From IMG/VR virus record IMGVR_UViG_3300009185_000001, positions 128,001 to 192,000 of that record: 64,000 bases of DNA; one strand, written 5' to 3'. Source of the DNA: a virus (lineage: Duplodnaviria; Caudoviricetes). Position numbers and translations under genes: made by a program. Below the pieces are notes generated by a model, which was not told the DNA's origin, searched no databases, and saw nothing but the letters and a program-made list of their open reading frames with translations. Below, piece by piece: positions 36,901-46,506 of this stretch. Every line of letters starts with the position of its first letter. Position 1 is the stretch's first letter.

Positions 36901-39636
36901 AGCACTTAAGCTTATTATGGTTTTAGAAACATTTGATATATTAACATTTATAGGATTGTTTCCATATGTTAATGTATTAACATTATTATTACTAGATACA
37001 TTCCAAACAATTGTAGAATTTATATATGTTGGAATAACATCACCCAAAGAAGAAAATGTATAACTATTTGTTGCATTATTTGGTCTAGTAATTATATATT
37101 TTTTATCTCTTGTATTTGAAATTTCAGATGAAAGTTTTTGAAATGCTGTATAATATCCTAAGAAATTAGTATTAAAAATAGAAGGAGCAGGAAAATCATC
37201 AACATCAAATATATAACTTCCTTCTATCAATCCAGATTGAGTATCTATAGAAGCAACAATTCTAACGGTATTTATATTTGGAGTTTTAGTATTATATGGA
37301 GGAGTTACTTCTACTTTTATACTACTTAAAATAGTAGTTCCTAAGTCATATCCATATGAATATGTATTTAAAGATGGATATAAATAAGCATTTATAGGAA
37401 TTGTTTCATAATCAATATCATTATTATATGACCAAATCCAATTCAATTGAGTATCTGATGGTAGATTATACTGTCTTCCTTTATATGGAACTGCACATGT
37501 TAAATAAACACTTCTAGTTTCATTTAAATTGTTTATACCATAGGGTGCTCCAACTAATAATCTTTCTTCCGCAAAATAATTAAAAAGTGCAGAATTTGAA
37601 CTAAGGTTAGTAACTTCGTTATATTTCTGAGAAGATAAATTTATTACTGTTGTTTGCGGACCATATCCAGAAACAACTACAGACCAAGTATTAAAACCAA
37701 AAGGAACAGCACTAAATGCAGGTATATTTTGAATAAAATTGCCGTCTATGTCTACTGAATTTATAGTAACAGAATTATTTTCTGGAGTAAAAAACCAAGA
37801 TATATAAGAATCTCTAAGATCTCTTGTAGGCCAAGAACTTGTTGATATTAAAAAAGATCCATCAACTTCCATATAATCTTCGGTTTCATATATCTTAGAA
37901 AGAAATATTGGCTGACCGCCATTATATGGTAATTCACCTATTGCCAAACGTATTCTGGTTGCTTCGTATGCATCAATATATCCAGCAATCGTACATAAAG
38001 ATGGTCTCAAACTGAAATCTAATTCTCCATGAGTTGTTATTGGATATGTAATTAAAAATGAATTTGCAGAAGAAGCAGGAATCCAACCAGAATCTACCAA
38101 TGAATATGGAATGTCTAAATTATTTCCATAAAAACAATAAAGAGAAGATAGAAATACGCTATTAGAAGGAACCAATGGAGAAAATTTAATATAATCCGAA
38201 CTTGATCCATACCACAAATCATAGCTAATAAAATTAAAATCCGAGGCTATGAATGAAGAAACAGTTACAGATGATGTATAATTTTTACCAGATGTATATT
38301 TTTCAGAAACCGAAGAACATTTTAAATAAAATGTTAAATTCGCAGTTTCCATCAAACCAGTAATATTAGGTTCTGCGGAACCAGTTAAAGATGCTTTGTA
38401 GGAATAATAATGAGGAGGATATTTTGTAGTCCAATCTATACTCTGAGAATTGGTTGTCGCAAGAGGAACTCCTAATTGTGCTCCTGTTGTGGAAATAAAA
38501 GTATCTTGCCAAAACTCATTGCTAAATTTCATCGCAGGACAATCTGCTATGTAGCTAACCGAAATAGAAGTATCGGGAATTCCGGTTACAAGATTTATTA
38601 TAGAAGTCGAGGTATTTAAAGATCCGTTATTAAAATATGAAAAATTACTATTATATAAATCAAAGACACCACTCAACACACAATATCTAACATCTCCAAG
38701 ATCTATGTCCGCAGTATCATTTTTAATCTGTACCAATTGAAATGCTTGTTTATTGGCTGGTGTTTGTGGAGTAATTATACAAGAGGATTTTAACGTAGGA
38801 GATAGTCCTAAATTTTCATCTGGTCTTTGTTGTCCAAGGGAATACAGAGAAACGTTTCCTTGTGCATCAGATTCATAATATTTTACATTATAAGTTATGT
38901 ATGTTGTATCGGGCCTTATTCTAGAAGTTGATGTAGAATTTACAGGCGAAGGTTCTAATACTGTAGAATAAAATGTAGGATTGTATGAATCGGTAAAAGT
39001 TATAAGCGGAAGACCTACTCTAGTACGAGAAGCACAAAGATTATAAACAATTGAATAGTTTGCATCTGATATAAGAGAAGTGGTTACTGGAGTTTTTTTT
39101 AAAAAATTTATATTTCCACTTGCAGCATCTAAATCGGTAGTAGATCCTAAATAATACGTTGCAGCTGTACTTAATAAAACAGTTTGAGTGTTTAATCTCC
39201 AATTATTTCCATCTTTTATGGGTTTGGCAGTAGGTTTTAAAAAAAGTCTTTTTGGGTATAATAAATATGAGTAATATCTTTCACCAATTTGCTTTCCCGG
39301 AGCAATGTCTATACTCAATGAATTTAAAGTATTTCCAATATCAAATGCTCTTCTTTCAGCAGAAACATTCCAAACTAAAAGCGTATTACTTGTAGTATCT
39401 AATTCCAACAATCCCTGACTATAAAAGGTTGGAACAGAATTCAAATAATCATATTTTCCATAATTAGAAGGTAATCCATTCAAAGGAACCGTTTGATTAT
39501 TCACAAATCTAAATGAATTATCAGCGGGTATAGAAGCTAATGCTGGATTTATTAACTGTCCTGCAATAGATATTTTATACACTTCATTCGGCCAAGTACC
39601 GGATTCGGTTATGTAATATGCCTGATTTGATGCCAT
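33949..39636 (-). CDS. Giant virion protein (1895 aa) with NHL-like propeller and Cys-rich C-terminus
   Basis: AYIADPPKNRVYRF, FNSPSELAY, LYVLDFNNRCVKRY; C-terminal CNDVFCWSW...CC. Confidence 0.7.
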   Translation of the reverse strand: MASNQAYYITESGTWPNEVYKISIAGQLINPALASIPADNSFRFVNNQTVPLNGLPSNYGKYDYLNSVPTFYSQGLLELDTTSNTLLVWNVSAERRAFDIGNTLNSLSIDIAPGKQIGERYYSYLLYPKRLFLKPTAKPIKDGNNWRLNTQTVLLSTAATYYLGSTTDLDAASGNINFLKKTPVTTSLISDANYSIVYNLCASRTRVGLPLITFTDSYNPTFYSTVLEPSPVNSTSTSRIRPDTTYITYNVKYYESDAQGNVSLYSLGQQRPDENLGLSPTLKSSCIITPQTPANKQAFQLVQIKNDTADIDLGDVRYCVLSGVFDLYNSNFSYFNNGSLNTSTSIINLVTGIPDTSISVSYIADCPAMKFSNEFWQDTFISTTGAQLGVPLATTNSQSIDWTTKYPPHYYSYKASLTGSAEPNITGLMETANLTFYLKCSSVSEKYTSGKNYTSSVTVSSFIASDFNFISYDLWYGSSSDYIKFSPLVPSNSVFLSSLYCFYGNNLDIPYSLVDSGWIPASSANSFLITYPITTHGELDFSLRPSLCTIAGYIDAYEATRIRLAIGELPYNGGQPIFLSKIYETEDYMEVDGSFLISTSSWPTRDLRDSYISWFFTPENNSVTINSVDIDGNFIQNIPAFSAVPFGFNTWSVVVSGYGPQTTVINLSSQKYNEVTNLSSNSALFNYFAEERLLVGAPYGINNLNETRSVYLTCAVPYKGRQYNLPSDTQLNWIWSYNNDIDYETIPINAYLYPSLNTYSYGYDLGTTILSSIKVEVTPPYNTKTPNINTVRIVASIDTQSGLIEGSYIFDVDDFPAPSIFNTNFLGYYTAFQKLSSEISNTRDKKYIITRPNNATNSYTFSSLGDVIPTYINSTIVWNVSSNNNVNTLTYGNNPINVNISNVSKTIISLSALNAIVPGWTSAHNVQANTVVNILDSSEFNKSLQFLTIPEFFWKNGKYLTLSDQNNYTQIPSNTAYGNKKSNSQGYYLSANKSYLNDFRYYTGENLNTKLEKFSSYYTLTNIPYATEMYSSSGLPITLTAFNDELFPENNGIYYKMPSGLNLNTYTFNITAKSDNNSANRLQKNLKLIPYTDITTTYMVDTTAIDIDNDRVISVYQSISTSIPNSPVEIVNGTITYTLSTYFWSVNREIPATTGSFDVFELVIGDPANELTVSGTKKNTLFLHASSNIDKKIFSSTFNNYPDNAYTGSRDLWSTVTQITTSISPTKTLISSSSAASPEIFISTAYVLTGQDLFLQFDTPDSTGNISIIAYMVNFGEYDSDRITAFDSSLFYSYKNSGTYYISYSALYNDGSLKMYEHPNPIFVKNNWQTYDPNSLRFVEEAVLTLPYTNEGVFIQPNEWGDSDIFNTSIGRIQDNLDYLASNLQTINTNSPTIFFGWLGSNPFNLSSGIRWYTRDFGTEFYYNPELAVSSGISYFTKIKDAIEVNNRIYVLDGNLFRCLSSDNISSEIQLDGADSLNTIFLNPISLEVDETGTIAYIADPPKNRVYRFDLEFNTQSTLNYTLNVGGLGSKKDTNKFNSPSELAYERQNLYVLDFNNRCVKRYNTDLNWVYTYEADEFFDERPISIAVHPEFELLYVLTETKTIYIFDSFSSSYVSKFKINNITSNIIKIIFDEVGDFIYAVTSTDVYKYSASGYFISQLDLPANLVFVGAKKDKNRSILLLTEKCIIKLQDVLEVYKVGEGLPSQYWSRDQLLIDRDELASDTNYNRCLIRMAQNIKTLRSSLNYKLVLATEQTSTNIVKYFASVPVDVNDLPYFDGTIECETLGVGVNELHTPQVMNRELSKLCSALNDLNLFLNIVDYNVQSNNSSNGCNDVFCWSWKAMSCYKLTFPAIRICNINPITYAELENSFPISYAPSKTWGSATSECCNKVIPPV

Positions 39637-39688
39637 GTTATCTAATATTTAGACAGAACATCTAAAAATAAAGTTTTTAAACATCATC

Positions 39689-39865
39689 TTATTCCTCATT
39701 TGGAATAAGACCAGTTGCATATTTTTCTGATATAAATTCGTTTTGTGGTGTTGTCGTTTTTGTAGTTACTAAACAATCATTAGGATCATCGGTAGAAACT
39801 AAAAAACTTCCTCTAATAACGGATCTTCCCTTAGTATATGAATTAAGTTTTATTATATTTGACAT
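39689..39865 (-). CDS. Small hypothetical protein
   Basis: ATG 39865 lies 7 nt after CATAAATA (39880-39873). Confidence 0.5.
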   Translation of the reverse strand: MSNIIKLNSYTKGRSVIRGSFLVSTDDPNDCLVTTKTTTPQNEFISEKYATGLIPNEE

Positions 39866-39875
39866 TTTATTATAT

Positions 39876-40787
39876 TTATGAAACAATAAGATAATCTTTT
39901 AAATCTATAGAATATGATATAGAAGGATTCAATGGCTTAGTATTTAAATCAGAACTATATATTTTTAAAACTCCATTTATATAGTCTACCCAATTATAGA
40001 TATATTTATTGGTTCCTGTTGTGCCACACAAATCAAATGATGGTGTAAATGTTATTAATGAGCTTGAGACACTTCCATTTACATCTATTTCTATGTGATT
40101 ATTGTTAGGATCAAAATAATTTTGATAAGAATCATATCCAACAGCTATACTATCAGGAATTCCATCGTATGCCAGTCCACCACCATAACCACCCGCAATG
40201 TTGGAATAACTTTGTAAAATAAATGTGATGCCATCAGCCCTGCTGCCTCCACCCATTGAAAATACATAGTAACAAGACCAATTTAATAAATTTGAATTGC
40301 TATCTATAAAATATAAAGGATTTTTATAAAAAATATTTCCGGTTTGGTTTCCTCCTGCTTCTGTAAATCTAATAGAATTTCCTATTTTTGTTGCATTGTT
40401 TAAATAATTAGAGGTATTTAAAACATCTGAATGACTTAAAGAATTTAAGGAAGAATTCCATGTTACATTGTGTAGCCAATGCTCATTAGTTGAAGCTCCA
40501 GTAGATCCACCAAATCCCATATAAAAAGAATTTTTGCCTATTATTGGAGGATTAATTGTATTAATACATTTAATCGGTGGAAGCGGAACGTCTAAAGAAG
40601 GATTTGGAGGACGATTTCCAACAATACCATCTATGCTTGTAGAATAAGTCGAAGGGCTGCTGGAAACTATATATGGATTTCCATGACCTAAATCACAACC
40701 ACAATCTGATGTAGTAGTGACTGGTTCATTTTGAGTTTTTGAAACTGTTATATCATATGATTTTCCAAATCCAATGTAATTTACCAT
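39876..40787 (-). CDS. L-type (legume-like) lectin domain protein
   Basis: IRFTEAGGNQTGNIFY, ADGITFILQ, GGYGGGLAY, SIAVGYDSYQN..DPNNNHI; own TATAAATA at 40797-40804. Confidence 0.8.
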   Translation of the reverse strand: MVNYIGFGKSYDITVSKTQNEPVTTTSDCGCDLGHGNPYIVSSSPSTYSTSIDGIVGNRPPNPSLDVPLPPIKCINTINPPIIGKNSFYMGFGGSTGASTNEHWLHNVTWNSSLNSLSHSDVLNTSNYLNNATKIGNSIRFTEAGGNQTGNIFYKNPLYFIDSNSNLLNWSCYYVFSMGGGSRADGITFILQSYSNIAGGYGGGLAYDGIPDSIAVGYDSYQNYFDPNNNHIEIDVNGSVSSSLITFTPSFDLCGTTGTNKYIYNWVDYINGVLKIYSSDLNTKPLNPSISYSIDLKDYLIVS

Positions 40788-40854
40788 ACTATGTAATATT
40801 TATAGTTACATGCTTAGTAAATTTGTATTTATTTTAAAGTTTGACCCTGCCAAC

Positions 40855-41010
40855 ATATTTCGTATATTATATTCAGTATATTACATTTACTATATTATAT
40901 TTAAATATTATCTTTCCTATATTATATTGATGCATATTATATTTGGTATTTTATATTTGTATATTATATTTCGTATATTATATTTACTATATTATGTTTA
41001 CTATATTAAA
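40855..41010. repeat. Array of 11 ATATTATATTT-like units with 13-15 nt period
   Basis: Units start at 40864, 40878, 40892, 40905, 40919, 40934, 40948, 40961, 40975, 40989 and 41003. Confidence 0.85.
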
Positions 41011-41025
41011 ACAGCTTTATGTTAT

Positions 41026-41275
41026 CACGATAGTTCTTTATCTATCGTTTCTAACTATTCCTAGTTAGATCAGACTATATCTTCACTCTATTTTTTTTAT
41101 AAAAGAGTGTCAGGCGTTCTTGGGAAGAATTACTGTCCGTTTTGGACTCGCTTCCTAGTCGTTGCACCTTCAAATGCATTCCTGCATATGCTTGGTTCAG
41201 GATTGTCCGTTCTGGAGTTTCCCTGAGTTAACCTGATATGGGCCTATTTTTATGTCAAAGAGCTATTTCCATTAA
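41026..41275 (-). ncRNA. Group I ribozyme core in an intergenic region
   Basis: Minus strand: P3 UCAGGU/GCCUGA; P4 UCAGG/CCUGA; J4/5 GAAAC; P6 with GGAA loop; J6/7-P7 GCAACGACUA; P7.1 hairpin; P8 CACUCU/AGAGUG; AAGAUAUAGUCU; P9 CUAACUA-GGAA-UAGUUAG. Ends are approximate. Confidence 0.85.
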
Positions 41276-41310
41276 AGGAATTGTTTATACTTATTTATTA
41301 TATACAATTT

Positions 41311-44300
41311 TTAATTGCAACCGTAAATATTATATTTAGTATCACTTGAATACCAACCAGCAGGAGTCAATAAATTACCAGAATTATCATACGTTCCTCT
41401 TTTTCTCCATCCAAAAAATTCAAATGCAAATGTATATATTCCAACAATTAATGAAATTAAATTATTTGTTTGAAGAATTTCTACTAAATTTAAATTATTT
41501 GTGGAATTTCCGGATTGGCTTTGATTTATTATATTTCCAAATTGATCAATTTCTATCGTAACTGTTATGAAACATGCTTTATGCCTGCTAAAACCTTCTT
41601 CGGGTGTAGATTCTAAAGAATCATAACTATAAATTAACGTTCCATTATTTGTGCAATTATCTGTTGATGGAGGAGTCGGTGGATCGGTTGCTAATGGTGC
41701 GGTTGCCGTTAGCTTTGAATAAGGATCTTTAAACAAACCATAATCATTTCCATATATATCATTCTTCCAATCGGTCATTGTTCCTTTGTTTACAAGAAGT
41801 TCTTTTATTCTATTTTCATAAGAAGATGCTAAAACTTCTCTTCTTAATGTTATTGGATATTTTTCCGCGTAATCCCATGTAGATGGTAAAGGAAATTTCC
41901 AAAAATCAAAATCATCATTTTGTCTACAAAGACCTAAATTATTTCTTTTAATTATTTCGTATTTAGATTGATAAGGAGTAAATTTTTGATTGTTTAATGT
42001 ATCTGTTATTCTACCAGCAGCATCCGAAGAACTATAAGATTCCATCATCCAGCGATTATCAATGTCAGTAATCATGGAAGGAGAGTATTGATCTTTTTTT
42101 GTCAACCCTCTCTGTCTTCCGCTAAATTTATTTGTATTTAGAAACAATCTTTCTGCACTTATACTGTCTATAAATGTAAGAGTATCCTTACTAACTTCCA
42201 TGGAATATCCTCTTCCTCTCCAATATGAAACTCCTAGATTTTCAGGAAGCATATATTCTCCTAATTGCTTTTCTGATTTAGCTAAAGATGGTAATGAAAT
42301 AGTGGCTACTGTAGGATAGAACACATTATTCATGTTTGCATACGGATGAAAAGCTTCTACAGCAACCGCAGTATTAAAAACCGCAAAGGTATTTAAACAC
42401 TTGTTTCTTAGATAAAAATCTTGTGTGTATGTAAAAGCATTACGAGCATAATAGTTATACTTGGTTGGTATAAACGAAGAATAGCTTTCTAGTATAATAT
42501 CACTTGGTTCCTCTGAACTATAGGCAATTAAATCTAAAGTATTACCGTTTCTAAAAATGTCTTGTAAATTTGAAAAATCTTTATAAAATACTATTTTATT
42601 CCATTGATAAGAAGATAGCAAAACATTTAAAGTTAAAGGTTGTGTCCATAATAAATTTGTAATCCCTCTTCTTTGATATGTCATGAAACTTCCATTGGAT
42701 AGTGTCATATAAGATATTTCTGGTTGATGAACAGGTAGATATCCATCTATAAATCTTACTTGACCACCGAAGTACATTAATTGTTTTTCAAAGTGTTGAT
42801 CTAAATTTTCTTCTGGTTTTGTATATGATTTAGCCCAAAATGGTTTTCCCCCATATCCTAAACCAACTCCAGTAAGTTGAAACGAATTTGTAGAATAGTC
42901 CCATCCATTCAATTTCATATTTATTGTAAATGATATTGAAGGAGTAGTAAAAGAAGTATTATTTGATCCTTCATAGGAAACTTCTGATCTGTGTATGTAA
43001 GTCAAATAATCACCAGAACGCAATACCATATCAGAAATATCGTTTGTTGCAATCCATTCTCCAAAAGTATTTCTAATTGCTTTATACCAAGTCGGTACAA
43101 TCGATAGTTTAGAATAACTAAACAATGAAGCCAGATATTGAATAAAATTATTTAAATTTCCTTCTCCATCATACAAATATTTTTGTAAATTAAAGTACCC
43201 ATTTCTACTAGCAATTTGTTGCATATTTTCATTGAAATATGTATTAGGACCAATATCTACCGCATATATTTGTGTTCCTTTGTTTTTTAATTCAAGAGAA
43301 TATGGAACGGCACTTCCAACATTTATTGTTTCATAACCATCGCTCAATATGATTATATTCTTTATAGCATTACTTCTTGGTACGTTTCTATTTGTTTTAA
43401 ATTCTGCCTTTTTCTGAATAATTGCATTTAAAGAATTACAAATTTCAAAAAGACTGTCTGGTTCATTATTATCATATATTGTAGTATTTAAAATATAATC
43501 TGAAAGATACAGTGCATTGTATATGTCAGTCTGAGCAGTGTCTTTTATTGATTGTGATAAAATATCCTGAATAGCAAAATTAATTACATTCAAATCATTA
43601 GTTAAATAAGTGGCAACTAAAGCATTTTCATTGAAAGAAATTATTGAAATCTGTACATTTACATTTCCATTGATTAAGCTAGAAGCAAATTCTTTAACTA
43701 TTTCTATTGTTTTTTGTATGTCTTTGTTTTGTGAATAGCTTTTATCTATGACTATTGATATGTCAAAAACATTATCAGAAGTATTTGTGGTTATTCCTCT
43801 AATGTTTTTATATGGATAATTTACTATTAAATAAGGAGATGCATTATTTTCTTGCTCTGTTGTGCTTGCTACTAAATCACTTCTGAAAGATGTTCTATAA
43901 TATGTATATCTTCTTCCAGTTTTTAAAACCATTCTAGAACCATTTCCTGTTTTCCAAATACCACTACCCCAACCAACTTGTTTATCTCCAAATATTTCAT
44001 CTAATTTATAATAAGAAAATTGAGGACTTTGTAAAGGATTTAAACCTCTTGTATCCAACCAAGTATTAAAAGCAAAATCGGCTCCTAACCCCTGTGGATC
44101 AGCAAATAAATAATCTGCCATTCCGTTATAATCAGTTACCACTTCTCCTGAATGTCCTATTGGAGAATATTTTGTAGATTTACATCTACACTTTGTCCAT
44201 GCAGGTTTAGCATCAAATGGATCCGGATTTTGATAGTTTTGATTTGTATAATAATTATGAGGAGAACGTTTTACATACGGACAATCCGCAGAGTGTTCCC

Positions 44301-46230
44301 TATAAAAGAAAACATCATCCGCTATAGTATCCTCATCCATCCAAACAAACGAAACTTTTTGCTTTGGATTTATTTTAGCACATAATCCTCCCTGAACGAC
44401 ACCATCTATATGAGAAGCACAGTATATAGCATTGGTATCATATATAGAAATAGGATTCCCTCCATCTCTATTTAATAATTGAATAGACCCTGCTCCTAGC
44501 CATGCGGCTTCAATCGGATCTTCTGTTTTTGTATTTAATTTATATATTAAATCCGCATTATTAAAAGAATTTCCTGCAACAGCACCCGTCATTATTTTCG
44601 TAGCATCTACTTCAGAAAGATTAATCGGTAAGCAAGTATCATCTAAAACAGTAATTGGAAGATTTTCATTTAAGGCATCATATTTTAAAATAGGCCATGC
44701 AATATCATTGGTTCCCTCTGATATAGGAAGGTCTGTCTTTTCAAATTTATATAAATATGCTTGTTCTGTTTCACCAGAAAGAGCATCGCTATATGTAGGA
44801 TTTATTCCAGATCCAAAAGATCTTTTTGTCAACGTATCGGCTTCATCTGAAAATTTTTCTGAAAATGCATTGCTATAAACTAAATTCGAATCATTTATGT
44901 ATATAGGAGAGGCAGCAGAGTTTGGAAGAGTATTTGTATAATATTGAGTTAGAATTTCTTTCTTTTGCTCATCCAATAGCTTTAAGTATAAAAAATAATC
45001 ATCATCGTTTAAACTATATCCATCCCAAAGACTTCCTTTTGATGTCAATTTAAATCCAGGATACGGATATATAAATTCTCTCGATGTTTGTGCATTAATC
45101 GTAAACTGCATTTTATCTTCTGCTTTTATTATATTCGGACCTTTAAGCCATGCACCCTCAAGATTTCCTGATTTGTCTGTAAAAAATAAATCAGAATTAG
45201 TATAATCATCACCACCCGCTGCACCAGATTTTACAAACGAGGAATCATTAATAAGAATTGGATTGTATACATTATTAAAAACCGTTTCATCAACAATTCT
45301 GTCACCAGAAGGCCAGTAGAACCAATTATTTCCTTGCTCTAAATCTATATTCATAGTGAAATCTGGTTGATTTATTTCACTTGCCCTAATTGCCGTTAAC
45401 CCATATACAGTTTCACCTAAATATTGTTGTGTTGCAATAATTTCATTATATATTAAATTGCTTGCATTGGCAGACAATGCAGCAGTTGAAAGAGTAGGAA
45501 TTTCTAAAAGATATTGATTAAATAATCTAGACAATGGAGTATCCGCAACTCTTGAAAGATATCTAGTCGAAAGCAATTCCAACACTTCGTTTTCTTCTAA
45601 ACCTTGAAATGGTATTTCATTAACAACCTGTTCTAAATCAACATACTGATTTATTGAAATAGAAGGATCAGAGTCATGATAATTCTGAGAATCGTGCAAT
45701 TCTTCTAATTCTACGAAAAAATTTCCACTAACTGATGAAAGATCAGGAAAATAATTTGATAAAGAAGATATAGGAACCTGTGTAATATAATTCTCGTCTT
45801 TAGTAAATCCTTTTAAAATATATTCATACATCAATGCTTCTAGTCCCATGTTAGAACCTGCCAGATTATAACGAAGCTTTGCATTTTTTACAGACTCTCT
45901 TTTATATGATAATACTTTGCAAACTTCCTTTAGCTTTTTAACGAAATATGGAATTGCAAATATTAATTCTTCATCATTTTTATAATCCAAATCTGCTAGA
46001 AATAAATCTTTTTCTTGCGTACCAAAAAGAAAATTTAAATCTTTTAATAATTGTATGTAATTTTCTTTAATAGCATTGCTATTATTAGAAGTTAATAAAG
46101 TATTACTCCTATACCATTCGCGTAAATATTCTGAATAATATTCCTGTGCGGTATCTGGTTTTAAATTTTTCTGATACTTCAACCAAGTAGGATAAGTTAA
46201 AGGAGATACTGTATTTAATGGTGCTGACAT
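41311..46230 (-). CDS. Giant virion protein (1639 aa) containing a VWA domain
   Basis: MIDAS-like VIDKSYS...TDIYNAL...IIILSDG at about 43150-43770. Confidence 0.72.
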   Translation of the reverse strand: MSAPLNTVSPLTYPTWLKYQKNLKPDTAQEYYSEYLREWYRSNTLLTSNNSNAIKENYIQLLKDLNFLFGTQEKDLFLADLDYKNDEELIFAIPYFVKKLKEVCKVLSYKRESVKNAKLRYNLAGSNMGLEALMYEYILKGFTKDENYITQVPISSLSNYFPDLSSVSGNFFVELEELHDSQNYHDSDPSISINQYVDLEQVVNEIPFQGLEENEVLELLSTRYLSRVADTPLSRLFNQYLLEIPTLSTAALSANASNLIYNEIIATQQYLGETVYGLTAIRASEINQPDFTMNIDLEQGNNWFYWPSGDRIVDETVFNNVYNPILINDSSFVKSGAAGGDDYTNSDLFFTDKSGNLEGAWLKGPNIIKAEDKMQFTINAQTSREFIYPYPGFKLTSKGSLWDGYSLNDDDYFLYLKLLDEQKKEILTQYYTNTLPNSAASPIYINDSNLVYSNAFSEKFSDEADTLTKRSFGSGINPTYSDALSGETEQAYLYKFEKTDLPISEGTNDIAWPILKYDALNENLPITVLDDTCLPINLSEVDATKIMTGAVAGNSFNNADLIYKLNTKTEDPIEAAWLGAGSIQLLNRDGGNPISIYDTNAIYCASHIDGVVQGGLCAKINPKQKVSFVWMDEDTIADDVFFYREHSADCPYVKRSPHNYYTNQNYQNPDPFDAKPAWTKCRCKSTKYSPIGHSGEVVTDYNGMADYLFADPQGLGADFAFNTWLDTRGLNPLQSPQFSYYKLDEIFGDKQVGWGSGIWKTGNGSRMVLKTGRRYTYYRTSFRSDLVASTTEQENNASPYLIVNYPYKNIRGITTNTSDNVFDISIVIDKSYSQNKDIQKTIEIVKEFASSLINGNVNVQISIISFNENALVATYLTNDLNVINFAIQDILSQSIKDTAQTDIYNALYLSDYILNTTIYDNNEPDSLFEICNSLNAIIQKKAEFKTNRNVPRSNAIKNIIILSDGYETINVGSAVPYSLELKNKGTQIYAVDIGPNTYFNENMQQIASRNGYFNLQKYLYDGEGNLNNFIQYLASLFSYSKLSIVPTWYKAIRNTFGEWIATNDISDMVLRSGDYLTYIHRSEVSYEGSNNTSFTTPSISFTINMKLNGWDYSTNSFQLTGVGLGYGGKPFWAKSYTKPEENLDQHFEKQLMYFGGQVRFIDGYLPVHQPEISYMTLSNGSFMTYQRRGITNLLWTQPLTLNVLLSSYQWNKIVFYKDFSNLQDIFRNGNTLDLIAYSSEEPSDIILESYSSFIPTKYNYYARNAFTYTQDFYLRNKCLNTFAVFNTAVAVEAFHPYANMNNVFYPTVATISLPSLAKSEKQLGEYMLPENLGVSYWRGRGYSMEVSKDTLTFIDSISAERLFLNTNKFSGRQRGLTKKDQYSPSMITDIDNRWMMESYSSSDAAGRITDTLNNQKFTPYQSKYEIIKRNNLGLCRQNDDFDFWKFPLPSTWDYAEKYPITLRREVLASSYENRIKELLVNKGTMTDWKNDIYGNDYGLFKDPYSKLTATAPLATDPPTPPSTDNCTNNGTLIYSYDSLESTPEEGFSRHKACFITVTIEIDQFGNIINQSQSGNSTNNLNLVEILQTNNLISLIVGIYTFAFEFFGWRKRGTYDNSGNLLTPAGWYSSDTKYNIYGCN

Positions 46231-46284
46231 TTATAATATTTAGATTGAAAGATAATAATTTCAGCGAATAAGTACAAATATAAC

Positions 46285-46476
46285 ATGGACACATTCACTT
46301 CAGACTATTCTTCTAATATTCCAACTGGAATAACTTCTAATCTTGTTAAAAGCGTTTCAAGAACCGTTAAAAAACCTATTAAGGTTTTAGAATATTCTTC
46401 CAAACATAAACAGGAAATAAAAAATATACAAAATATTTTATTAAAACTTGCGGAAATGTTATCAAAAGTAGATTGA
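46285..46476 (+). CDS. Small hypothetical protein
   Basis: 63 aa; AATAAGTA late-like box upstream. Confidence 0.5.
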   Translation: MDTFTSDYSSNIPTGITSNLVKSVSRTVKKPIKVLEYSSKHKQEIKNIQNILLKLAEMLSKVD

Positions 46477-46506
46477 CATTTATATTTTTTGCTGTATCTT
46501 TGAGGG

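Noticed and set aside
40810-41064. 84-aa Ile/Tyr-rich ORF
   Set aside because: Translation of the AT repeat array.
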